DNA of 64,000 nucleotides from an uncultured Gammaproteobacteria bacterium (GTDB lineage Bacteria; Patescibacteriota; Patescibacteriia; UBA11705; JABHMO01): positions 60,742 through 124,741 of the forward strand of contig CAZPBK010000001.1 in assembly GCA_964584985.1 (NCBI GenBank). Direction: 5' to 3'. The notes under the pieces are model-generated. The model did not search any database and was not told where the DNA came from. It worked only from the letters and a program-made list of their open reading frames with translations. The position numbers and the translations under genes were made by a program. This document shows, one piece after another, positions 10,208-19,322 of the stretch (position 1 is the stretch's first letter; the number at the start of each line of letters is the position of its first letter).

Positions 10208-10675
10208 ATGATTTTAAGTATAGTTACTCATCCCAATAAAATTTTAAGAGAGATTTCCAAAGAAATTGATCTGAAAAAGCTGGCTGATCCCGCCATGCAA
10301 AAGTTTATTGATGAAATGAAAGAAACCATGGTAAAAAAGGACGGCGTTGGTTTAGCCGGTCCCCAAGTTGGAGTTACCAAGAGATTGATTATAGTTAATA
10401 CCAAGAATGGAACAAAATGCTTTATAAATCCTGAAATAGTAAAAAAATCTTGGAAAAAAGAAGCCGGGGAAGAAGGTTGTTTAAGCGTTCCCGGTGTTTA
10501 TGGTTCGGTAAAACGCTCAGTCAGAGTTGTCATTCATGCTTATGACCGAAACGGAGAAAAGATCAAGTTGGAAACCAAGGGACTTTTAGCCAGAATATTT
10601 CAACATGAGATTGATCATTTGAACGGAGTCTTGTTTATTGACAAAATAAAAAATGGAAAAAACAACAAAAAATAA
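10208..10675 (+). CDS. def: peptide deformylase
   Basis: GVGLAGPQVG, EGCLSVP, QHEIDHLNG. Confidence 0.97.
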   Translation: MILSIVTHPNKILREISKEIDLKKLADPAMQKFIDEMKETMVKKDGVGLAGPQVGVTKRLIIVNTKNGTKCFINPEIVKKSWKKEAGEEGCLSVPGVYGSVKRSVRVVIHAYDRNGEKIKLETKGLLARIFQHEIDHLNGVLFIDKIKNGKNNKK

Positions 10676-11606
10676 AAATACTGAAATTGTTTTTTTTGGT
10701 TCCGATCCATTTTCAGTGCCGGTCTTCAAGAAGCTTATAAAAAAATATAATGTTAAAGCTTTAGTTTGTGAATCGGATAAACCTTCCGGAAGAAACCAAA
10801 AAATCACCGCTCCGCCAACAAAGAAAATTGCGGAAAATAACAATATTCCAATATTTCAACCTCAAAGCGTTAAAAAAGATAATATTTTTTTTGAAAAAAT
10901 AAAAGCTTTGAATTGTGATTTGTTTATTGTGGCCGCTTTTGGTCAAATAATCCCCTTAAATATTTTGAATCTACCGCTCCACGGCAGTCTAAACATACAC
11001 CCATCACTTTTGCCAAAGTATCGTGGCGCTTCACCGATTAGACAAACCTTACTCAACGGAGATAAGAAAACAGGTATAACCATTATTCTAATGGATCAGG
11101 GAATGGATACGGGAGATATTGTGGCTCAAGAAGTCACCACCGTTAAAAAAAATGATAATTATATAACCTTATCCAAGAAACTGGCTGATCAATCAGCTGA
11201 ATTTTGCATTCGGATTATCCCCGGATATTTGAACGGGGAATTTACTTTATTAACGCAAGATGACAATCAAGCAACCTACACAAAAAAGATTAAAAAAAAT
11301 GACGGCTTGATAAATTGGAAACAATCCGCTAAAGATATAAAAAATCAGTTAAAAGCCTTTATTGATTGGCCGGGAACTTACACTAAATTTAAACAAAAAA
11401 AACTTGACTTGATTACAGCCAAGGTTAGCGACTTTGATAAAAATATAAAAACCGGTCAAGTTTTTAAATGCAAGAACAATATTTTTGTTCAATGCGGTCA
11501 AGGCAGTTTAAAACTGGAAACGGTTAAATTGGAAGGTAAAAAAGTAACAGATATTAAAAATTTTATAAATGGGCATCAGGATTTTATTGGTTCCGTGTTA
11601 GGCTGA
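10653..11606 (+). CDS. fmt: methionyl-tRNA formyltransferase
   Basis: NIHPSLLPKYRGASPI, MDTGD. Confidence 0.97.
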   Translation: MEKTTKNKNTEIVFFGSDPFSVPVFKKLIKKYNVKALVCESDKPSGRNQKITAPPTKKIAENNNIPIFQPQSVKKDNIFFEKIKALNCDLFIVAAFGQIIPLNILNLPLHGSLNIHPSLLPKYRGASPIRQTLLNGDKKTGITIILMDQGMDTGDIVAQEVTTVKKNDNYITLSKKLADQSAEFCIRIIPGYLNGEFTLLTQDDNQATYTKKIKKNDGLINWKQSAKDIKNQLKAFIDWPGTYTKFKQKKLDLITAKVSDFDKNIKTGQVFKCKNNIFVQCGQGSLKLETVKLEGKKVTDIKNFINGHQDFIGSVLG

Positions 11607-13099
11607 ACATCAAGTAAAATTATAATTAAGATCAATAAATAACCAATCCCCAAGGGATGATTTAAATACGGAGTAAAACCGTTAACCAAAAGCAAACTTA
11701 AAAGTCCCAGCAAACTGCCGATCAACAAAGTCTTTTCCAAGGACTGTTTTTTTTTGGCCGAATCATAGATTTTTCTAATTATTTGCCAAATAAAAACCAG
11801 ATAAACCAACAAACCGAACAAACCGATTTTTAACAAAATATCCAAATATCCCCATTCAAAAGCATAAGTGGTATACCAACCTTGAGGATTGTCTTTGGTT
11901 AAAATTCTTGGATCTTGACTTTTATAAGTAATAGATCTTCCCCATCCCGAACCGACTATTGGGTGTTTACTAATGGCTCGCCCCAATTCCGGTAATTGAC
12001 TCCAGCGACTGGAAACCGCTTCGTCGGAAACAGAAAACCGGTCTTTAATCATGGAACCTTTTTCCGTAGAACTTTGATAAAAAGGCAAAGGTATATTGAT
12101 TATTGCGGACACAAGACCGTAAGACACCACTCCGATCAACAGTAAGGTCATAAATAAAAGCGCTGTTTGGCGCAAATTTTTTCTATAATAAAAAATCAAA
12201 GTTAAGAAATAAACAATAATTCCTCCGATCAAACCGACCCAAAAACTTCTAGACAAACTGGTTAAAATAGTAGAGCCCAACAAAATAATCATAATCAGCA
12301 AACAAATATTTTGTTTGCTTTTTAAATTAAATTTATTTTTAAGACTAAAATATGTCCAAAAAATAAAAAAACCGATCAAAGCAAATATTTGAGCCTGAGA
12401 AAAAATACGAAAAAAACCGGAATTAAGCAGAGTAAATTCGCCCCAAAGGGTATCACGCCCCCAAGTGTAAAGAAAACCCATAATTGGAAATTTATGGGCA
12501 AAAATAAATAAAAATATCATTGTTTTAAGGCTTATAGCAACAAGTCCGGCTGAAAAAATCGGCCAAAAATCAGAAAAAAACTTATTATTGGTGTAAACCG
12601 AAACAAAGGGAAAAATATATAAAAAATAAAGCCAGGCGTTAAAATCCAAAAATATGTTTTTTAAACCATTATTTTGCCAAAAGGCTTGAATTATTCCCCA
12701 AGTTAAAACTATGGCCAAAATGGTAAGGTGTTTTATTTGAAAAACTTGTTTAATTTCTTTAATAAGAGTTTTTTGCCAAACTGATTTTATTAGCCAAGCC
12801 AGCATTATTGCGGAAAAAATGCCGATTCTGATAGAAACTTGAAAATCGGCAATATCAATGGAAAACAAATGACCTTGAGAGCCGATTATTAATTCAACCA
12901 AAGCGGTGTATATTCCCCATTTAAGTTTATATAAGCTTAAACCAAAAACCAAAACAAAAATAATTAAATAAAAAAACAAGCTTAAATCAAAGGCTATTTT
13001 GGTCCAGATAACAAAAAATGAGGCTAATTCCGCCAAAAGAATAAACCATAAAGTATGTTTGAATTTTGTGCCGAAAAAATTAAGTTGTCTTGGCTTCAT
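11576..13099 (-). CDS. O-antigen ligase/polymerase (Wzy_C)-family membrane protein
   Basis: many TM helices; SLSRSFW, SSRW, PIVGSGWG. Confidence 0.75.
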   Translation of the reverse strand: MKPRQLNFFGTKFKHTLWFILLAELASFFVIWTKIAFDLSLFFYLIIFVLVFGLSLYKLKWGIYTALVELIIGSQGHLFSIDIADFQVSIRIGIFSAIMLAWLIKSVWQKTLIKEIKQVFQIKHLTILAIVLTWGIIQAFWQNNGLKNIFLDFNAWLYFLYIFPFVSVYTNNKFFSDFWPIFSAGLVAISLKTMIFLFIFAHKFPIMGFLYTWGRDTLWGEFTLLNSGFFRIFSQAQIFALIGFFIFWTYFSLKNKFNLKSKQNICLLIMIILLGSTILTSLSRSFWVGLIGGIIVYFLTLIFYYRKNLRQTALLFMTLLLIGVVSYGLVSAIINIPLPFYQSSTEKGSMIKDRFSVSDEAVSSRWSQLPELGRAISKHPIVGSGWGRSITYKSQDPRILTKDNPQGWYTTYAFEWGYLDILLKIGLFGLLVYLVFIWQIIRKIYDSAKKKQSLEKTLLIGSLLGLLSLLLVNGFTPYLNHPLGIGYLLILIIILLDVQPNTEPIKS

Positions 13100-13101
13100 A
13101 A

Positions 13102-13548
13102 TTAATCCTTCCGATACATCCGATAAAACGGATTTTGCGAATTATTGCTAATAAAACAATAATATTGTAAAAACGGTCTTAAACTGTTTAACACATTGAT
13201 CCTTTTATCGGCAAATTGTTTGAAGCCCAAATCAATAATTAAATCATTAATTTCAATCCAATAATGTCTTCCCGGATAATTAGCAAAACTCCCCTGTTCC
13301 ACTTGAGCTTGATCTGAATAATTTTTTAATATCTTATGGTTTAAATAATGTGTTAACCGTGGAGCATGTTGAGAGGCCAAACCGGAAACATGAAAAACCT
13401 CCAAAGGCTTTCCCTTAATTATAGCTTTTTGACGATTTTCCATTACATACTCCTCCACCGCATTGATGATGCTTTCCAAGCGTTGGTTTTTTTGCGTAAG
13501 GTCTATTAACGGTTCACTTTTTATTTGATAATCTCCAACAATAATCAT
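13102..13548 (-). CDS. hypothetical protein, transglutaminase/papain-like motif
   Basis: HYWIEINDLIIDLGFKQF resembles HxWxE..IDxTxxQF; tightly packed in the operon. Confidence 0.55.
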   Translation of the reverse strand: MIIVGDYQIKSEPLIDLTQKNQRLESIINAVEEYVMENRQKAIIKGKPLEVFHVSGLASQHAPRLTHYLNHKILKNYSDQAQVEQGSFANYPGRHYWIEINDLIIDLGFKQFADKRINVLNSLRPFLQYYCFISNNSQNPFYRMYRKD

Positions 13549-13552
13549 AAGA

Positions 13553-14446
13553 TCATTTTATTTTAGATTGGCTTTTGGGTTTTATACGAAATATTTGCGC
13601 AAAAAGGGTCAATAAATAACTTATTGGTTGCATAATTAGCAAAAACCAATAAGTTGCCCGAGATTTGTTTTTTTTGAAATAGGTTAACATGCCTTTGTTA
13701 AAACGCTTTTGTTTTTTCAAGCTTTTCACTTGGGCAAAACTTTTTCCTTCATAATGAATCACTTGAGTAATGGGCAAATAAACAATTTCCGCACCCGTTT
13801 TCCTAACATCCAAACAAAGTTGAAGATCTTCCCACCATAAAGGATAATCTTCGTCCCAACCGTTTATCTCATTCATTAAAGTGGCTCTGGTAAAAATAAA
13901 AGCGCCCATAACCTGGTGAACATATTTTTTTTGATTGTAATCAAAGTTTTTTTGCAGATACCTTTCTAAGGGGGGTAAAAAACTGAAAATATGATGTAAT
14001 TTCAACAATATAAGCAACTGATCGCAAAATCCGGGGTCTTTTTTTACATTGGGTTGAGTGGTTTTGTCGCCAAAAAGCAAACGGCAAGTACAAATACCCA
14101 CATTTGGCGTTTTTTCCATAAATTCATACAATTTCAAAAAACTGTTTTCCATGATTTCCATATCCGGATTCATATATAGTTGGTATTTCCCAATGGACGC
14201 GCGAGCACCTTGATTATTGGCTTTGGCAAAACCGGCATTAAAATCGTTGGTTATAATTTTTAACTGCTTTTTTTCAATCCATTGGCCATAGTTTTTCTTT
14301 ATATTTTCCGCTGTCCCATCCTTGGAGTCATTATCCACAATTATTACCTCGTAATTAAGCCCTTCGGTATACTGAAAAATGGAATCCAAAAGCCGAGCAA
14401 GCAAATCTCGCACATTCCAGCTGACTATTATAATACTTAGATCCAT
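13553..14446 (-). CDS. glycosyltransferase family 2
   Basis: SIIIVSWN, VDNDSKD, GFAKANNQG, NPD, ED. Confidence 0.9.
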   Translation of the reverse strand: MDLSIIIVSWNVRDLLARLLDSIFQYTEGLNYEVIIVDNDSKDGTAENIKKNYGQWIEKKQLKIITNDFNAGFAKANNQGARASIGKYQLYMNPDMEIMENSFLKLYEFMEKTPNVGICTCRLLFGDKTTQPNVKKDPGFCDQLLILLKLHHIFSFLPPLERYLQKNFDYNQKKYVHQVMGAFIFTRATLMNEINGWDEDYPLWWEDLQLCLDVRKTGAEIVYLPITQVIHYEGKSFAQVKSLKKQKRFNKGMLTYFKKNKSRATYWFLLIMQPISYLLTLFAQIFRIKPKSQSKIK

Positions 14447-14490
14447 ATTTCAGTTTCTAAAATAATTTATTTTATTTTTTCGTTCGTTTA

Positions 14491-15705
14491 TCAAAGATTT
14501 AACTTTTTAAATAAATAATCAGTCATTGTATCCACTCTTGATTTCCAACTATGAGCCTTAATCGCATTTTTTCGTTTGAATTGTTTCTCCGGGCTATCTT
14601 CCGTCAGGGCTTTATTTATCAGATTGGAAAAAGCTTTCGGCTCTTCAGCCAAATAAATCAAGTCCTTAAACATTTCCGTTCCGGCGCTTGGCGTAGAAAC
14701 CAACGGCCGACCACAGGCCAAATATTCATACAACTTCATAGGATTATTGGATTTAGTAAATTCGCTGATTTTATGAGGCATAATCGCCACATCAAAGCGA
14801 TTCATATAGGCCGGAGCTACTTTATAATCAATGCGTCCAAAAGTATGCACATTTTTATATTTATGCATTTTTTTATGAAACATTGGTTTGACAATTGGCC
14901 AAATCGGTCCACATATCGCGATTTCCTTGTCCTGATGATCCTCGGCCACTTTGGCCAGTAAATCCAAATCCAAACGACTTTCTATTGTGCCGAAATAACC
15001 AATAATCTTTTTATCAAAATCATCCAACTCGGTTTTTTGTTTAATGGCTGACGGACGGTTAAAAAATTCAAAATCCACGCCATTGGGAATCCAGTGGACA
15101 TCTTTGGTACGCGACATTTCAGCGTAAAAATCCTTTAACTCTTGAGAAACAGTAAAAATAAGGTCAGCCTTATCCGCAATTTTGAAATAATTGCGTTTTA
15201 ATCTTTTTGGGGGCATCATTTTTGGATAAGTGGGATGCTCCATCCAGTTGTCAACCGTATCAAAAACAAACAGTTTTTCATTCAGCTTGCCTAAAAATTC
15301 GGTAAACATGGGATTGTATGACCAAAAAACAACATTTTTTAAATTAAGAATTTTTTCCACGCGTCGCAATTCCTTGCCCACCTTATTCATGGAAAAAATA
15401 GAATCAATCGTGGTGTAAGCGTAAATTTTATCAGAACGCTGATAACAAGCCGAGGTTAAATCTCCGTAAACCATTTCCGCGCTTTTGATTTCCCACAAAA
15501 TATTTTTAACATAATGTGAAGCCGCTTTTTTCCAACCACGCGGTAAAAAATCCACGCCGACTATTTTGTTTATTTTATTTTCTTTGACCAGATTATGCAA
15601 AACATGGTAATTGCGATTTACCACGCCATGATCCCAATCCCAAAAACTGGACATGTTAAACATGACAATGTCTATTTTGGCTGAAGGATCAGTTGTTTTT
15701 TCCAT
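14491..15705 (-). CDS. GT-B glycosyltransferase (TuaH-like)
   Basis: IPNGVD, GYFG, PMKLYEYLACGRP. Confidence 0.85.
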   Translation of the reverse strand: MEKTTDPSAKIDIVMFNMSSFWDWDHGVVNRNYHVLHNLVKENKINKIVGVDFLPRGWKKAASHYVKNILWEIKSAEMVYGDLTSACYQRSDKIYAYTTIDSIFSMNKVGKELRRVEKILNLKNVVFWSYNPMFTEFLGKLNEKLFVFDTVDNWMEHPTYPKMMPPKRLKRNYFKIADKADLIFTVSQELKDFYAEMSRTKDVHWIPNGVDFEFFNRPSAIKQKTELDDFDKKIIGYFGTIESRLDLDLLAKVAEDHQDKEIAICGPIWPIVKPMFHKKMHKYKNVHTFGRIDYKVAPAYMNRFDVAIMPHKISEFTKSNNPMKLYEYLACGRPLVSTPSAGTEMFKDLIYLAEEPKAFSNLINKALTEDSPEKQFKRKNAIKAHSWKSRVDTMTDYLFKKLNL

Positions 15706-15709
15706 ATTT

Positions 15710-16645
15710 TTATTTTAGATAAATCTTGCTTTTTAGAAAAAAGTCGCGGTCACTAAAATCTTCTTCCGAATCCTTGTTTTCCTGAATTATACGATCAGCG
15801 GTGCTAACTTTGGCTGAGGTATTATCAATATGAGCCAGAGCCAAAGATTCTCTGCTCATTGGCAAAACCGGACTGCCAAATTCTTGTCGTCCATGATGAG
15901 AAAGAAGCATGTTTAACAATTTGGCTCTAAGCTCGCGGGGAAAATTTTGCTCCATTTTTTTATCAACCCATATGGCGCCAAGTGAAATATGCCCAATCAA
16001 ATTGCCTTCCAAGGTGCGATAAATGCAAGTATCAAATCCCAGTTCTTGCATTTTTCCCACATCATGCAAAAGAACCCCGGTTATCAAAAGATCCTTATCC
16101 AACTCCGGATAAGATTCAAATAAACTATGCGCCAGATTAAGCATTTCCACCACATGTTCCATTAAACCGCCAAGATAAGCATGATGAATCTTTTCCGCGC
16201 CCGGTGCTTTTTTAAATTTTTCCACAAAATCTTTATCTCCAAAAAAAGAATTTAAAAGTCTTTTTAAATCAGGATGTTTTATTTGCTCCACATTGGCTTG
16301 TACGGTTTGCCATAAATCATCAATGTTTTTTTCACTGGCCGGTAAAAAAGACTGAAGATCAAAATCTCGAGATTGCTCCAAAAAACTTATATCCAATTGA
16401 GGTTTCCCACGAAATTCCTTAACCTCGGCTGAAAGACTAACGACTTGACCTTTTTCCGGTTCTTGACAATTACTCATATTATCTTCCCATATTTTACCGG
16501 TTATTTCTCCGGTTTTGTCACTTAAAATAAGATCAAAATAATCCTTGCCCTGAACGGTTTTACCACATTTAACCCCTTTAATCGCAAATTCTTGGCCGGT
16601 TATTTTTTCATTTATGGCCAATTCGTTGATGAATTTGTTTTTCAT
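15710..16645 (-). CDS. yhaM: 3'-5' exoribonuclease YhaM family (OB plus HD domains)
   Basis: DKTGEI OB fold, HHAYLGGLMEH, LHDVGK, SHHG. Confidence 0.85.
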   Translation of the reverse strand: MKNKFINELAINEKITGQEFAIKGVKCGKTVQGKDYFDLILSDKTGEITGKIWEDNMSNCQEPEKGQVVSLSAEVKEFRGKPQLDISFLEQSRDFDLQSFLPASEKNIDDLWQTVQANVEQIKHPDLKRLLNSFFGDKDFVEKFKKAPGAEKIHHAYLGGLMEHVVEMLNLAHSLFESYPELDKDLLITGVLLHDVGKMQELGFDTCIYRTLEGNLIGHISLGAIWVDKKMEQNFPRELRAKLLNMLLSHHGRQEFGSPVLPMSRESLALAHIDNTSAKVSTADRIIQENKDSEEDFSDRDFFLKSKIYLK

Positions 16646-17196
16646 AATTTTTGTTCTGAAAATTTAATGGTTTTATAAGTAAAAAATTCCGTACTTTTAT
16701 TTTTAAAGCAATTAAATTCCAAACCGGCTTTTTGACATAAAGAAGCAAAAAATTGTTTTTTGTTCTCAAAACTTTTCCAAACTTCCGGCAAGTAAGTGGC
16801 TTGATTTTGCTTGTTTTTAATAATCACTCCTTCTCCCGGCTTAATTTGGTCATATTTAACTTTTTTTGGTTCGGTTAAAACGGAAATTTCAATGGTAATG
16901 TTATTTAATTCTTCAGGCTTTACCGGAGGAAAACGATAATCTTTTATGGCCGCGGACTGCGTATTTTCAGCCACTGCCCGCCAAAGCGATAAAATCGGTT
17001 CAATCTGTCCAATACAGCCTCTGACTCGGTTGTTTTTCATTAAAGTGATAAAAACCCCGCTTTTTTGCTTAAAATTTTCATCAGGGCAATCGGGAAGAGC
17101 AAATCCCCGGCTTTCAACGGCCGCTTTTAAAGCTTTTTCAGCCAAAGCTGAAAGTTGTTTTTTTTGCTGATCGTTTAATTGCATATTCTTATTCAA
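16642..17196 (-). CDS. amrA: AmmeMemoRadiSam system protein A (AMMECR1)
   Basis: GVFITL, RGCIG, DYRF, IEISVL, ATYLPEV, LCQKAG. Confidence 0.9.
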   Translation of the reverse strand: MNKNMQLNDQQKKQLSALAEKALKAAVESRGFALPDCPDENFKQKSGVFITLMKNNRVRGCIGQIEPILSLWRAVAENTQSAAIKDYRFPPVKPEELNNITIEISVLTEPKKVKYDQIKPGEGVIIKNKQNQATYLPEVWKSFENKKQFFASLCQKAGLEFNCFKNKSTEFFTYKTIKFSEQKL

Positions 17197-17229
17197 TTAT
17201 AGCAGGTTTTCGCAATGAAACAAACCGTT

Positions 17230-18261
17230 TTATTGTAAAAACATGGCATCGCCAAAACTGTAAAACCGATATTTAAGTCTGGCCGCTTTTTGATAAATTT
17301 TTAAAGTTTTTTGGCGACCTACAAAGGCTGAAACCAGCATTAACAAACTTGATTTTGGCAAATGAAAGTTGGTGATTACAGCGTCAACAAATTTAAACTT
17401 ATATCCCGGATAAATAAAAATATCCGTGGAAAAATTGTAGTCTTTGACTTTGATTTTTTGATCAAAAAGAGACTCCAATGCCCGAACCGAGGTGGTACCC
17501 ACGGCGATTATTCTTTTACCTTGCTTTTTAGCCTTTAACAAACGAGCAACGGTTTTTTTATCAATGCTCAGACGCTCCTCATGGATTTGATAATCTTTAA
17601 TATTTTGAGTATTTACCGGTTCAAAAGTGCCCAAACCAACATGCAAGGTGATGTATTCGGTTTGCACTCCTTTTTTATATAATTTTTTCAGTAAACGCTC
17701 GGTAAAATGCAAACCGGCCGTCGGAGCCGCGGCCGAACCGGGATTTTTGGCAAAAACAGTTTGATATTGTTTTTTTAGACGGCTTTGATTTTTTATTGGA
17801 TTTTTAATATACGGAGGCAAAGGGACCTGACCGACTCTGTTTATTCGTTTGTCTAAATTTTTACCTGAAAAATTAAATTTTAAGCGCCAAGTTTTATCGG
17901 ACAGCTGTTCAGCCAATTCAGCTCTTAAACCGGCGGGAAAGAGCAATTTTAGACCGATTTTTGGCTTCCTACAACCTACTTGGGCCTCCCATTCATTTTT
18001 GTTAATCTTTTTTAATAAAAGAGCCTCGGCCGCTCCCCCGGTTGGTTTATGTCCGAGTAATCTGGCCGGCATAACTTTGGAATCATTAAAAACCAAAATA
18101 TCGCCCTTTTTTAAATACTTTGGCAGATTTAAGAACTTGTCATGAGTGATTTTATCGCTTTGACGATTGTAAACCAAAAGACGCGAGGAATCTCGCGGAT
18201 TAGCCGGTTTGTTGGCAATCAACCTTTTCGGTAAATTGTAATCAAATAAGGATAATTTCAT
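17230..18261 (-). CDS. queA: S-adenosylmethionine:tRNA ribosyltransferase-isomerase
   Basis: PLPPYI, AAPTAGLHF, LHVGLGTF, TNFHLPKS, YRFYSFGDAM. Confidence 0.97.
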   Translation of the reverse strand: MKLSLFDYNLPKRLIANKPANPRDSSRLLVYNRQSDKITHDKFLNLPKYLKKGDILVFNDSKVMPARLLGHKPTGGAAEALLLKKINKNEWEAQVGCRKPKIGLKLLFPAGLRAELAEQLSDKTWRLKFNFSGKNLDKRINRVGQVPLPPYIKNPIKNQSRLKKQYQTVFAKNPGSAAAPTAGLHFTERLLKKLYKKGVQTEYITLHVGLGTFEPVNTQNIKDYQIHEERLSIDKKTVARLLKAKKQGKRIIAVGTTSVRALESLFDQKIKVKDYNFSTDIFIYPGYKFKFVDAVITNFHLPKSSLLMLVSAFVGRQKTLKIYQKAARLKYRFYSFGDAMFLQ

Positions 18262-18464
18262 AAATAAAAAATTTTACAAAAGTTTCTTAACTAATAGCCC
18301 TTTTGGCTACTACTTTGGATGCCGGGGCTCCATTTTTCGACAATTTCGGCTTAAAATTCTGAAAATGATTCGTAATTTACTTCCAAGTAATTTGCATTAA
18401 ATCTATTCCAATATTTTAATCCCCTTTTCTTCTTTATTTTGCTTTTTCTCTTTTTCTTTTATTT

Positions 18465-18489
18465 TTCGGATTGAATCTTTACATTATTC
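18465..18489. repeat. left copy of a direct-repeat/REP-like remnant
   Basis: TTCGGATTGAATCT (18465-18478) and TACATTATTC (18480-18489) both recur at 18937-18950 and 18986-18995. Confidence 0.55.
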
Positions 18490-18930
18490 CGTCCCAACCT
18501 CTTTAACCAAGTCAAAAATTTCTTGACCGGATAAAAGATCTTCATAATCTTGACCCATTTTTTTTATTAAAACTTCATGTTTTGGTGAAATTAAGATAAC
18601 CGCCGGACGACTGACATCCCTGTCATCTGTTTGTGTTTTAAGCTTAAAATGATTTATCAAATCCAATCCCGCATCGGAAAGAACCGAAAAATTTAAACTT
18701 AAAAATTTTTTTAATAAGCTGGATCTTAGTTTGGTGTCGGAAGATACAGCTAAAATTTTTATATTTTTATTTTGAAATTTATCAAACAGTTCATTAATTT
18801 GCTTTAATTGTTTTTTGCATAGATTGCACCAAACTCCACGAAAAAAAACAAGCAGGAGGTAGGCATCTCCTTGATATTCAAATAAATCAAAATCCTCTTC
18901 GTTGTTATTTTTCAATATAAAATTTTTCAT
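18484..18930 (-). CDS. AhpC/TSA peroxiredoxin-like redoxin
   Basis: FFRGVWCNLC, VSSD, VLSD, SRPAV. Confidence 0.85.
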   Translation of the reverse strand: MKNFILKNNNEEDFDLFEYQGDAYLLLVFFRGVWCNLCKKQLKQINELFDKFQNKNIKILAVSSDTKLRSSLLKKFLSLNFSVLSDAGLDLINHFKLKTQTDDRDVSRPAVILISPKHEVLIKKMGQDYEDLLSGQEIFDLVKEVGTE

Positions 18931-18936
18931 GGTTTA

Positions 18937-18995
18937 TTCGGATTGAATCTCTTCTGAAATTTCGGATAAAAAAGTGCTCTGCCTCTACATTATTC
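18937..18995. repeat. right copy of the direct-repeat/REP-like remnant
   Basis: TTCGGATTGAATCT ... TGCTCTGCCTCTAC-ATTATTC. Confidence 0.55.
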
Positions 18996-19007
18996 TTTGA
19001 TGTATTG

Positions 19008-19031
19008 CCCCGCCTTTCGCGAAAGGCGGGG
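19008..19031. repeat. perfect 24-bp GC-rich palindrome
   Basis: CCCCGCCTTTCG|CGAAAGGCGGGG; no adjacent T-tract. Confidence 0.85.
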
Positions 19032-19056
19032 TTGACGTTTTAATTTGGCTCTTTTC

Positions 19057-19209
19057 CTAACAACAATTGTCCCAATCCACTATACTTTCCATTTCTTTTA
19101 GTTTTTCTTTGTATTTATCTTTACATTTTTGACTGCAAAAATACACCTCACCATTAAACAAGGCTTTATTTTTATCAACTTTTTTTTGGCAAATTATGCA
19201 CTTTTTCAT
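19057..19209 (-). CDS. 50-aa YHS/TRASH-like metal-binding protein (not in the ORF track)
   Basis: translates MKKCIICQKKVDKNKALFNGEVYFCSQKCKDKYKEKLKEMESIVDWDNCC; CxxC...YFCSxxC. Confidence 0.8.
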   Translation of the reverse strand: MKKCIICQKKVDKNKALFNGEVYFCSQKCKDKYKEKLKEMESIVDWDNCC

Positions 19210-19272
19210 AATTTTGTGATTTTACGATATAATTATACTAAATTTTACACTTAATTTCAATTCTATTCAACC

Positions 19273-19306
19273 AAAACAAAAGAACGGGCTTTCCCGCTCT
19301 TTTGTT
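19273..19306 (-). terminator. intrinsic terminator
   Basis: AACAAAAGAACGGG-cttt-CCCGCTCTTTTGTT. Confidence 0.65.
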
Positions 19307-19322
19307 GTTATATCCTGTATTC

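Noticed and set aside
11576-11606. 31-bp convergent overlap of fmt and the ligase-like gene
   Set aside because: Short tail-to-tail overlaps are ordinary in compact genomes.
18262-18464. Possible preQ1 riboswitch or small ORF upstream of queA (AGCCCC...GGGGCT stem)
   Set aside because: No match to the preQ1 loop/pseudoknot and A-rich tail pattern; frames are interrupted by stops.
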